64,000 nt of DNA from Bugula neritina (Eukaryota; Animalia; Bryozoa). The DNA lies in contig OZ037769.1 in assembly GCA_964035545.1 (NCBI GenBank), forward strand, positions 6,863,929 through 6,927,928, in the 5' to 3' direction. The notes beneath the pieces were generated by a model, which ran no database searches, was not told the origin of the DNA, and was given only the letters and a program-made list of their open reading frames with translations. The position numbers and the translations under genes are program-made. This document shows positions 24,270 through 37,000 of this stretch, in pieces (the stretch's first letter is position 1; each line of letters opens with the position of its first letter).

Positions 24270-25948
24270 TAAATTTACCAAATTCATTGTCTATTGTCTA
24301 TTATGCAAATCTTTGTATTTTAAACTGTTTACTCTATTAAAGTATGTGTTTTATATGTATAATTGTAACTGTGTAAATATACAATTTGTTAACTCTACCA
24401 TCGCAGTATGTGATGTTGACATTATCACAGTGCTTTTACTAACATTTTGTAATCTTCAACTCCAATATATTTAGAATCTAAAGCATTGTAGGTAGACATA
24501 TAATTTAATGAAAAACAAGAATAAAAAAACTTGTTATAATGGTGACAGCGGTTTTAATACTATGAAACGATGGAAAAATGCTGAAATATGCTATGGTACA
24601 CTTATAACTGACTTCAGGTGTGTGCATATATAGGTTATTTTTTAGCTTATAAGTTTGAATAGTCAAACTTGTATTTCTTAGGTTTGGATGTAATAGAATA
24701 ATAACTACACTTTTATATAAAATAAATGGTTAGAATATTTTGCAGATTCAATTGGTACATTTTCCACAATCTGACCAATAGCAGCATTGCTAAAACTTCA
24801 CCAGAACATAGCTATATAGCTTATGAGCCAATAGTACATAATTTTACCTACAGAAAGTATGTAGGCTATGATAATTATCTATCAAAATGCAATTTGCAAT
24901 TGAAATCTACAAAATGTGATTAACTTTTTTCATATGTAAAATAATTTTCCTCATCAAATAGGTGTATTATCAAGTTCCAGTGATGAATATCAAGAATGAC
25001 TAGCATGAGATCATTTGTAGCCTCGGGTTCAGAATAGACTTAGCTCTCAGCTAAGGTTTAACTGTACTAACTGGAAATGTACTGAGAAATAATAACCCAT
25101 TGATGTGTACACGTTTAATGCCCTCACGAAAGATGATCTACCACAATGTTACAGTCACAATACAGCTAACAGCAATAGAACTGTTCTGTTACAGGAAACA
25201 GCACAACTTAGCAATCTTTCATAACAGGAAATAAACGTATTGCACTGTCGAGTTTGTCGTGTGAAATATAAAAGTGTACTGGGGCAAGATGTGAGAGATT
25301 TAATCAGTAAAGTCATGCTGTAAAGCAGGCACACTTCAACTCATCTAGGGGCAGTAGTGGAGAGATCGAGATAGCCTAAGTTCTTTAGCTTTATTATTAA
25401 ATTTTGGTTTGGGACGCGGGTTGAATTTCTAGCGAGAACATAACTTCTTATGCTACATTTCTAATCTAGAACACAGGCTTTTCTCAATTTCTCCATCACT
25501 GCACTTACCTCCTTCAACTACTGTGTGTGGACAGATAATTGTACCATTAGATAATACGTTGACAGCAGTATACAAATATAACTGATCATTACCATCACAT
25601 CATATGCGGTTTATTCAATAGTGCTAGTGTGCTACATCAATATTGATGCTGGAAAATACATATATTATACTAATAACTAGTATTTAAACATAAATTGTAC
25701 TTCTAGTACGACTATTTGGAGAGGAAATTATGTATGAGAAATACATACATACAAAAAAGTGCAAAGAAAAATCATTTTCTACACTGATCAAAATCTGAGC
25801 TTCACCATTACACTTTAATGAGAAAGAAATAATGAAAGAACAAAAGTCAATACATAATTTAAAAGGAGGTTAAAAATGCAGAACTAAAGTTTGGAATATT
25901 AGATAAGCATTTTGAAAAAAGTAAAACCAGTGTTTGCAAAGTCAACGA

Positions 25949-28900
25949 TTAAAAAGATCTGCTGGCCAACTTGCCAGCCTTGAAGTCAGCAACGAACTGA
26001 GATATGGCAGCCTCTGTCAGCTCCCCGGTGAACTCGGTGACCTCCTGTGAGGGGATGTTGATGATTGCGATGAAGGGCTCCTTCTGTTTGAGGTTAGTGA
26101 AGGCCTTCAGAGAGTCTATTAGGTCATCATCCTGCAGGAGTATAGACTACTGTTACTATGAGTATAGACTATTGCTACTATGAGTATAGACTATTGTTAC
26201 TATGAGTATAGACTACTGTTACTATGAGTATAGACTACTGTTACTATGAGTATAGACTACTGTTACTATGAGTATAGACTACTGTTACTATGAGTATAGA
26301 CTATTGTTACTATGAGTATAGACTACTGTTACTATGAGTATAACTACTGTTACTATGAGTATAGACTACTGTTACTATGAGTATAGACTACTGTTACTAT
26401 ATTGTGTGCGTGTGTTGTGTGCGTACTAGCATATATTTACATGTGCGTATATATACAGCGTGAGTGTAGAGCATATATGCATGTCTGTATATACAGTATG
26501 TGTGTAGTAACTGCCACAGTGAGACTCTACACACTTCACTTATCATTACATAACTGAGATGATTCAAATCCAACTGCGAAATTAAACTCGTGGGAGTCTT
26601 ATTGTCAATAATCAATGAATAGATTGCAGCTACCAACACACCAACAGTGATAACACAATATTACATAACTTGGCAAGTTTCAAACAAATATTCAAATACA
26701 GCCAGAAAAAAGCAATGATCTCAAATAAATTTATGTTAGTACATTGGGAGAAATCGGTAAGACAAAGACATAAATATTGTTTTACAAAACACAACTTTTG
26801 TCCTTCAACTTGGTCATCAGAAATATATTTTCTGAACGGCAAAAGTGTTGGTATACAAGGTTGATGAGAGATTATACACCCATCAACAAAATAACAATTG
26901 ATAGTTTGACCCAGTTAAGGCTCCACTACTTCTAGTATGATGAAGTAATTATGCAAAACGTTGAGAATATTTGGATTTACATGCCACATCAACGTACTGC
27001 ACTACACAGATGATAGAATGGATGATTACACAGTACACTAGAGGTGAATAAGATGAAATGTACCTCGCCTGTGTAGAAAAAGAGAACATCTTGATTATCC
27101 TGGTCCGGGTTGAACTCTCTATCGGCTACAGGCTGCAGCTCTTTCTTAGCAGCTTCAACACTTTCCTTTTTCTCATCTACCAAAACCCAGTCAGTCATAG
27201 TAGGGGTTAGTATACGACAAGAAGTACTAACTATCTCATTGTGCAACTCAACTTGTAATTAGAAACAAAACATGAAAAATATCACATAGTATTATTTGTT
27301 TATACTTATGAGATATATACAGCACAATCTATATTTTAATGATTAAAACAGAATAGCACATTTCAATTAAAAAAGACTATCCCTATCGCTATCCCTGGAA
27401 GAAAACCCCTGATGGAAAGGTTTTTTGTTAAAACGGGCTAAGGACTAAAAGAGGCACAGGAGCAATTATGACTGAATGCTCTTCCTAACATCACCAGTGG
27501 CCTTTGTCGGGCTGAACCCATGACTTTGTGTTTACTAAGCCAACGCTCTAACCCCTAGACCTCCGCTGCACTTTTCAATTAAAAACCATTACATAATTGT
27601 AACAGCCCTACAGGCTAGTGAAACACGTGTAAGAAACATTACCAGTTTTTAGTAAAATTGACCAAGTAACAAAACAAAGCAATAATTAATTTGTTTTAGT
27701 TTTAAAATACTGTATTAGATGTCTTTGATCATCAGTAAGCACAGTTGATTAAAGCTACTTTCTCTCATACATTTCTCAATGGATAAAAGAAAACATTTCG
27801 CTCAGTAGGGTGAAAGTTCTTGTTACAATCATTTTTAATAGAACATTAAATGAATTTCAAATTACCAAAATGCATTTACTTTAATCGATTATGCAATAAG
27901 TAAGTTTTCAAACCTTTCAAAAATAAAATGTTAAAGCTATATAACCACGATAAATCGGGCTAAACTAAACAAAAAGTTTTTTTAGCAAGAATTTCTTTTT
28001 ACAAAGCTAAATAAGCCATTTGAAATTTTTGTTATAACATAATTGTAGATTACCAATCATTCATTTTATCAACTATTAGATATACTTATAATATATTTAA
28101 TATTACTATTATTATCATTCAATATTTTATATTTAACTAACTTTTAAAATTCCTAAATTCATACTAAACTTCAAGTCATTTATCAACAGCAATTGGAAAC
28201 TTGACTTAATCTAACTTTCACTTTTCAAATTCAAACTCAAAGTCAGCACAACAATCTTTGATTAAAAATGTGTTGAAGTAAATCGTTACTGCCTAATACT
28301 AAATGATAGGAGAAATTACCAACAATCACTGAGAAAGAACCAATTAACTTGGCACACTGACCTGTAAAATAGACCAACGAGGCTTTGGAGTTGATAGAGC
28401 CAGCTGTGTCTTCCGTCAGCTCACTCAGGGCTTTGGGTAGCCAAGGGAAATCTTTGCCAGTAGGATCTGCGCTAACAGCCGATCTACCATCAAACGTAAT
28501 CTTCTTATCTTCAGCATCAAAGATGGCCAGCATCGGAATACCTTTAATTATCAAATCAGAGAAAAGATGATTCCAGGTATGCTTGTCAGTTTACACAAGA
28601 AGTTGCAGAAAGTGTAACAGTCAGAGTTATCCACTCTGTATATAGTTTTATTATAGAGAACATAACTGTTATAAGACAGAATTTTGCTAGAATACTCTTT
28701 TGATAACAACCGAGTGAATTCAGAATATATAAGCTGACTATTTCATCCTAATGAGTGACCGCAGAGCTAAATCATTGACAAAACAGACCAAATGAATAAA
28801 CTGGCTGCATACCTTCAACATTGCACAATTCAGACAGCTTTTCTTTCCTCTTGTCCCCAAGAGGTAGCGCTAGCCACGGCATTTCACCAAAATATTCTTT

Positions 28901-31666
28901 AAATGACTTATCATCCCTGTCAGACGAGGCGAACACAATCTCGAAATCTTTGCCGCTCTCCTTCAGCTTTTTGTATGTCTCCACCAGTTTGGGGGTAAAA
29001 CCTCGGCAGGGGGGACACTGGAAAAGTTAGAATTAAAAAAAGTAATCAGAAATAGAAAAAGTAAGTGTCAGGATATACAAGTAAGTATATGTACTAGATA
29101 TAGGATCAGGTTAAGGGAGCAATCGTGGTCTAGGGGTTAGAGCGTTGGCTTAGTAAACCTGAAGTCATGGCTTCAAATCCCAGTAAAGGCCATTAGTGAT
29201 GCTAGGAAGAGCATCCAGTCATAATTGCTCCTGTGTCACATCTGAACAAGTCCTTAGCCTGATTTAACAAAAAAAACCCTTTCCATTAGGGATCCTCACA
29301 AGGATGGTGACTATAAACTTGCGTGAGTTTTTTATATAGCATCAGGTTGATATAAGGATGTTACAATCAACTTCACTGAAAAGGAAATACATACAATGCC
29401 ACTTTCACAATCAAACAGGAATATATAATAATAACTCTAGTCTCATAACAACAACAATGAGTAAGCAGTTTCCATACAACAACTTGACTCACTACAACTG
29501 CAGTAATTCAGCATATAGAGAGAGAAGACAACCAACCCAGTGAGCAGAGAAATAAACGCCTTTCACTTTAGACTTGATCTCTTCACATTTTACAGAAGTT
29601 CCGTCATTGCGAAGGAGGTCCCCATTATACATGATGTCACTGAAAGTCAATGGAGGCCAAGGAAAACCGTCGGGATCGCTCGCCACCTTTTCACGACCTT
29701 GAAGTATGTAGAATATTTACACTAGAATGTTCTATCTTTATTACAAGACCAGCATGACACAATACTGTAACACTACTCATAGTACAACATCATGTACATA
29801 CAAGTCTGCATGCAGAGTACATAACTTCATACAACAACTCTCCATCTTCAACTGCTGATGCAGTGTCTGAATGTTTGTCACCTCATAATGGTGACGAAAT
29901 CAGCACTGAATTCAGACTTTGACAAATGATATATGACACTTCCTCATTCCAAATCCATTTTAGTAATTTTGGACGGATTGTTCTATAAGCAGCTCGGAGT
30001 TAGAAGTGACTGAGTGCAGTAGTTTGTGGTTCTCGAGCTTGGAGGGGGATTTCAATACCCCCAACTGCAAGCTTGAGAACCGTAAACTACTGCACTCAGT
30101 CACTACTAACTCAGAGCTGCTTCTAGACAATTCATTTTGGATAACATAACTGACTAAACCTAATAATTGTTTCAGCTAAGTACTTGTAATAACATTGTGT
30201 ACCATATTTTGATACTAAACCACCATTCTACACCATATACAGCCTATAGGTATTATATATGTGCTTGGTTATTTTAGGTCTAATAAGTATTGTACAGTAT
30301 ATAATAAAGTCAAGCAATAGCATTTCTAACAAACAATAAACTAGAAGATCCATGACAGCTGCAACTCCTTTATAGACTACTTTTCAGAGGCTGACAGAAA
30401 GACACAGCACAGGTGGTATGATACTATACCATTTGCATCTTAAATTCTATTTCACCATCAAGTATAATGTAATAGAGTATAATAGCAAACATGGGTACCG
30501 AATTATTATCAACACTATGGTGGGAACAAATTAGAATAAACATGTGCTTACATATACCTATGACAGTGTCACACCTCAACTTATCACACAATCACCTAAT
30601 TGTCTCTGTCTACTCCCTAATCTAACAGCTAATATCCGCAGGAAGTGACATTATCACTTGGTAATTGAGTTTGGAAAGAATAGGACCGCAGTTTACTGAG
30701 AAGGTGGTGCTAAAATAGAGACATTGCTTTGAAATGTACATTATTATAAAGTAACTAGATGTAATACACAGCTAGACCACCATAGTTGTATCATGGGAGC
30801 TTTCTATGTAGTTACTAGATATTATACACAGACAGACCACCCAGCTAGTTCTCTGGCATTTCATATTTCACAGCCATGAGTTATTGAGAGATAACACACC
30901 TTTAGCTGTAATGGTAGCCCCTGTTTCACCATCTATTATGACTAGAGTAGGGATTCCTCTAACACCATGTTTCTTTGAGAGATTTGCCTAAACACGTGGG
31001 TAATAATAAGCAACATTATGTAACACATGTAGAAGTGATTGCAGTAAAACATGTCACAAGAAAGGAGTATAGTGCATAAATATATTGATTAGGTAATGAT
31101 GGAATTCTTCATAAGCTTGGTAAACTAGCATGCCTTGCATCTAGGCATGTACTCTGTTGTTATGTACATAATGGATTAACCACCGCATTATATTCATTCA
31201 GCTATATTATATGAAATCAATTATTATGTATAATTCAACATTATGTAGAGTATGCCACCTGCAGTAGCTTGCTGCAACTTGACAAATGGCAAGATCAGAG
31301 TCAAAAAAATTATCTTTTAACTTATTATAGAAAATGACATAAGCTATGACTTAGCCCCAGTACCTTAGCCTCTCTCTCACTAAACTTGAGTGCAAGCCAC
31401 GGCATATCTTTATAGTATTCAGTAAACGAGGCCTCGTCCGAGTCAGAGCTAACGAATATGATATCAAAATCCTTTCCCTTATCAGACTCTTTCTGCTTCT
31501 TGTAGAACTCGGCAAGAACAGGCGTGAACTTCTTGCAGGGAGGGCACCAGTGGGCCGAGTAGTAAATACCCAGCATTTTACCCTTCCCTGTCAGAGTTTC
31601 CCAGTCTACTTTTTTTCCATCTTTGTCTACTATGCTCTCTCCAATTAAATTCTTTATTGCTGCCAT
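25949..31666 (-). CDS. NXN: Nucleoredoxin (tryparedoxin-like thioredoxin domains), 7 coding exons
   Basis: Exons 31666-31364, 30987-30900, 29697-29537, 29017-28813, 28541-28362, 27176-27064, 26131-25949, all phase-consistent. Two YxSAHWCPPC motifs, FxIxFxSSD, MPWLAL, GIPxL, DPxGxxFPW, plus a C-terminal Trx-like domain without CxxC. Confidence 0.92.
26137..26400. repeat. 22-bp minisatellite (gagtatagactactgttactat)
   Basis: About 12 units abutting the last NXN acceptor. Confidence 0.95.
27374..27570 (-). mobile_element. tRNA-derived SINE family A
   Basis: Same body; flanked by tttcaattaaaaa direct repeats. Confidence 0.85.
29115..29332 (+). mobile_element. tRNA-derived SINE family A
   Basis: Full-length copy; TSD tatag(g/c)atcaggtt on both sides. 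Confidence 0.9.
29978..30130. mobile_element. Palindromic (foldback) MITE
   Basis: ~60-bp inverted arms aagcagctcggagttagaagtgactgagtgcagtagttt / aaactactgcactcagtcactactaactcagagctgctt; a degenerate sister copy lies at about 54411-54562. Confidence 0.75.
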
Positions 31667-34092
31667 ATCTTACACTGTAACAGTTGAAAACATTTTTAAA
31701 AATACTTTTACGTAGTTATTGACATCAAAAATGAGCTATAAATTGAAATAAAATAAACTTCAAATGCAGACCATTTTGTATAAGATTGGAACAGCGAGAA
31801 TACAAAAAATATTTTAAATATAACTAAAAATATATAGTGTAATTTACAGGTTTTCTAAAATTCACACCAGTTGCTCTTTCTATAATTTCATGCAAAATTA
31901 TAAATATAATGCAAAAGAAATAAGAAATTTGTTTTAGAAAAGAGGTACTTCTTAAATACAGCAGCATAGGATAAATTAACATAAAAATTATGAAATTATG
32001 TATTGCATGCTGTGAGCTAGATTGATACTTTCATTCCACTTGAGTCTTCATAAAATACAGTCTGAGTCACAAGTAGCAGGCTACAAGTGCATATATTGTA
32101 TATAGTTTACGACTAGTTCTGTTAATACAGTTAACCAACAAAATAGCAAAGTGAGTAGGAATTTACAAGCCACTATCTATAAATATTTGCTAGGCTCATA
32201 GTAATAAAAATGTAATAGCAAAATATGTATAAAATATAGCAAGTAGTATGATTATTCTCCAAAACTAAAAATTGTACACGAAATTTATAAGCTTATTGCT
32301 AAGCTCTTAGTAGCTTCTTTAGTTGCTATGCATGAAGTTTGAAATTTTTTCATAATTCAAAACTTTGAAGCGTTATAACATAATATATAAGATATGAATT
32401 TGCTATTAAAATTTGAGTTTACTCTTGATATACTTCAAAAAATTCAGCTAACACTACAACAATAGTGTATAAATATAGCACCAACCTCAACCTTTATAAA
32501 TAGAAACTAATCAATTGCTCTAATAAACTTTACTGCTATGATAAATACAAAATAAAAGAGGCAACTTTTAAAAGTATATTATAAATAACATTTACAATAT
32601 GTGAAAAAATGCTGCAGAAGAAAACTGAAATTGAAAAACAGTAGCACATAAGTGTGATACTCCTAGTCATAGTGAAGTGTGACTATCATAATAATAATAA
32701 TAATAATATGAATGTTAGTAATAGTATTAGCATACTTGCTAGAAGTAGATATAATGTTTAATAATAAAAAGTATAAAAAGCTTGAGCTTCACATTGCAGC
32801 TGCCACTGGTTAATTGATAAAATAAAATTCAATTTGAATACCAAAATCAATATAATAATGATACACTTACAGCAATATACTCATACTGATTCTCATACTG
32901 AGTATAGGTATACAGTATCAGATTGTCATTATGATTATGATTATTTCTATGATTATCTGATGAGTAATAACTAATCGCTTTGTTGATGTTCAGCTATAGA
33001 TAAACTTTAGGTTTAAGATAATGATAATTTTTTGACTCTTACTCTTAGTATTAGTATTTCTATTACTATTAGTATTAGATTTAGTATTAGTATTACTGTT
33101 AGTAATTGTGTCAAAATAATTATAATAATAAAGCTAAATAAAAATGAACATAAATATTGAAATTCAAAGACCAAAATGAAAATGAAGCAGAAAATCAAAA
33201 TAATAATTAATATCTTGATCATGATGATCTTTAGTTTCACTCCAAGTCCAATAGTAATTGACTAATTCTATTAAAGTATTACTATTATAATGTAAATTAT
33301 TAAACATGTCATTTTATACTAAGCACGCGGCATTTATTATCACGTTGCATTGAAGAGTATCTAGATTTTACTTTGTCATCGTGACAAGCTACAAATTACA
33401 TTTGTCTAGGAAATAAGAATATTCTAATTCTTTCCATTGCAAATTGCGTACACTGAAGTGCCCGTGACTCAGCTTTCATTATAAGTCATAATAAAATTGC
33501 CTCACTCGCCGGTTTCGCAACACAAATTTAATGAAGATGTCAGAGTAACTAGGTAACTGCGGAAAATACCAACCAGGGTCTCCGGGAGCATTCGACGAAT
33601 ATCAGGAGGACACAAGTCATACATAGCACAAACCAGCTGTTCTTTTGCATCCTTATTTCTAATGTATCATTGAAATAACTGTTTGCTCTGAATTAAACAA
33701 TAACCACATTCTGAACCACAAAATATCATTTATTTATAATTGCAAAATTTTCAGATTGCAAAAATATTATCTTTCTCAATTAATTACTTTATTATGGTAA
33801 TTCATAAAGATTTCCTTTTATATCATATAATGCATTCACAAACGATTAAGTCAATAATAATTGTAAGACATTTAAATTTTAAAAAAATCATATTGTATTA
33901 TCTAAATATATAAATGTTAGTATATCAAATAAAGTACACAGCTATATGCACTACAGAAATAATTACACATATAACATATCAACTACCTACTTTTACCCAC
34001 ATGATTATCAAATAGCTCATAACAGATAAATACCAAGTGTGTGCATGCGAGATACAGAGCTTGGTACAAACAACACAACTAATTTGACAACG

Positions 34093-37000
34093 TTAAATCC
34101 AGTCTTTCTTATCACTAACAAGATTAGTGTAATCTTCCTTATCATTAGCAGCTATGTTAATTAATTGGCTCGTGACCAGCACTTTTTCTGCTGCCTCTGC
34201 GGTTGGCGTCTCCGCTGCCGTTGCTCCACAGACTGTTGGTCCGTCATTCCCAGTCTGGCTTACATCTAGAGCCGCAACTTTTGCTGCTACTACTGCCACT
34301 TCTTTCTTGTCATCTATCTGTGATTCATTCCCACTAGCTGCCAGAGAGGTACTACTAGAGTGTCCCGGTGACACCATTTTGTGCTCTAAAATGTTCTTGA
34401 ATATTTCCTGCACACACCTGAAAAAAGCATAAACAGATATTACAAAAGTAAAAAGGTCAGTTGTAGTTCTTAAAAGTACGTCATATGAATTTGAGAGTGT
34501 TATAGTATGATATAGTTGAGTCCCCTAAAGTCGTTATATACAGCTCTTTGTACTAAAAAACATATGGTTTTTCATCATTCAAGGTATGTAACCATAAGTA
34601 TAACAGTGAATAAATTTTTCTATGACATAAAGAAACCAACAAAACTATTTTTATTTATTTACCCAATTTCATATTTCACAGGACAACAGAGAAACTGTGT
34701 TACTTATTCCTTATAGTTATGCCCTAGTATGCATGCTAATGGTGCACTTGAAAAACAAGACTTGAACATAATAGATGAGTGTTCAAGGCACAAATACCAC
34801 AGTTGGGATAAACTGCATAAGCCTGGGCCGACACCTACTTGTTCACTAGGGAGCAAATAGCCGTGTTGTTCTCAGAAATCCATTCCTTTGCACTTTTCTC
34901 TTGGGTAGAAGTTTCTATCAACTCAGTTACTGAATAATTTACTACAATATTCATTACATTTGTTGTTGACATAAATTGCAGAATTCTGAGTAATAAAACA
35001 TCAACATAAATAAGAGAGACGTTTTGCAGCATTTGTTGTATTCTATTTATTAAAAATGTTGTATTCCGTTTCTTAAGAAAATTAATTCTTCAAAATATAT
35101 TTTAATAACATGTGTATACTACTAACAACAACAAAGTGTATACATTGCTCAAATATAGAGCATACTTTTATATACTTATAAGTTACTTATAAGCTATAAT
35201 CAGCATAATTAGTAAAAATGTTATCACTGCAAACAAGAGTTGTCTTTCTGATGCAGTTGCGCATCATAAAGGGTAGATAACTCAATACATACCAGAATTC
35301 ATGAACTCAGCATTGAAGTGTGGAAGCAGCTTGAGAGATTCCATTGAAGAGGACGTGTTGCAGGATGTCAAATGATTTTCAGCATAACTCTGATCTGCAG
35401 GTGCCCCTGAACCAGCTGTGGCAGCTAAAAGCAAACATCATTTATACTTAGTTACTGGTTTGCTAAAGAAATTGGATAGCAGTAAGATACCTCATGACAT
35501 AGGTGAGCACTGGGCTATAATTGTAACCCCCTCATACCGCTTTTTCTTAAAAATTGGTATAATTGTTTCTAATGCAAAATGAAATTTGCACGCATGTGAA
35601 TTTTTCATATGCAGAGCTTACTTACAATACGAGAAATCTGGGTAGGAGCCAGCAGGGCAGGGGTCCGCCCTTGTTGAGTCAGATTTAAAGAGAGCTGATT
35701 TGGGGGAAGGGTACTTAGCGCTGGCTTGTATAACTGTGGTGATGTCATCAGTTTCTGTGACGTGGATAGCGGGTACCATGATATCTTCATCACCAACCCT
35801 AGATTCTTGCTGAAAATATACAGCATAACTATTCATCAACTTAGAGATCACTTTTTGGCTTCCCAAACAGAGTAACGAGAAATTCGGTACAGTAAGAGTA
35901 AATCCATTATTAATTATAATGATATATTAGATGAAAATAATATTAGGTATCATTATATACTTACATTATTTATTTTATTCATATATTTTGCAAGCTGCAA
36001 AATAAGGCTATATAAAATTATTTATCTACTAGCAAAGGATATTAGATTGAATTTAATGTATTATATGGTTTATTAAGCAGCACACTATTTTCATGCTTCA
36101 TGCTTTAAACCCTCTCCCCCCCACCCCCCAGTACTGTTGGTAAGTTCTCACTCTTTGGTTACAGAAGCAAACACTTAATACCTGACTAGAATGTTCACTA
36201 TTGTTAGAGGTCAAGGAACTTCTCTGAGAGCCGTTGCCTTCATACTCGGTCCCGCAGAGAGATGGAGTTGCGCCATCCATATGCAGGTCAAGGTTATTCG
36301 AAACATCCGAGCCTCTTTTTGAAAACCCGTCGAAATCTGTGCCAGAAATAGACTGAGTGGCCTCGTCATACGTGTAGTCAGTGTTGAGGCTGGACACGCA
36401 GGAGTCTCTGCGTTTGTAGTTGCATCTGTTGTTGATGAAACCCTACAATAAACAATGTAATAAATAATCAAGCAACTGAAAAGAAACGTTCTATACTACG
36501 TAATAAGTCTATATATTGGCTGATGAGTACAAGAGCAGGCAATTCTAATAACATTATCTGTATGACTGATTGATTGATTTATTACATATCACAGACATGA
36601 AACCATGTTACAAAATTCAATGTAAATACTGGCCATAATAGGCAGACATGAACAAAATTGGAAAAAAAGTCAGAAGTCTGTTGGATTATTTAAAATAAAA
36701 AATCATTTAAAGTATTTACAAGGTGTCGTATAACATTACCAGTTTGATCGTGAAGATGTATAGGAACGACAAACCCATCTGTAACCAATTGTATAAGTAT
36801 AAGATACCTATCCACATTCATTAGTAACTATAAATACCTGTAGATATTGCGTATATTGGGGAGTATTAGCAGTTGTCATCTCTATGTTATCATTGGGTAA
36901 ACTTGGCTCAGACTTGCTTCTCCATATATGATTTACCTGCAGTAAAAACAACCCAACTCACTCTCTTACCGGATTACAATGTTACAAATCATTCAAGCCA

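Noticed and set aside
25347-25440. Possible third SINE or tRNA-like head
   Set aside because: Single, very degenerate match with no second copy in the window.
29865-29917. Hairpin followed by GAAA resembling a third hammerhead
   Set aside because: No CUGAnGA box immediately before the stem; better read as an imperfect palindrome.
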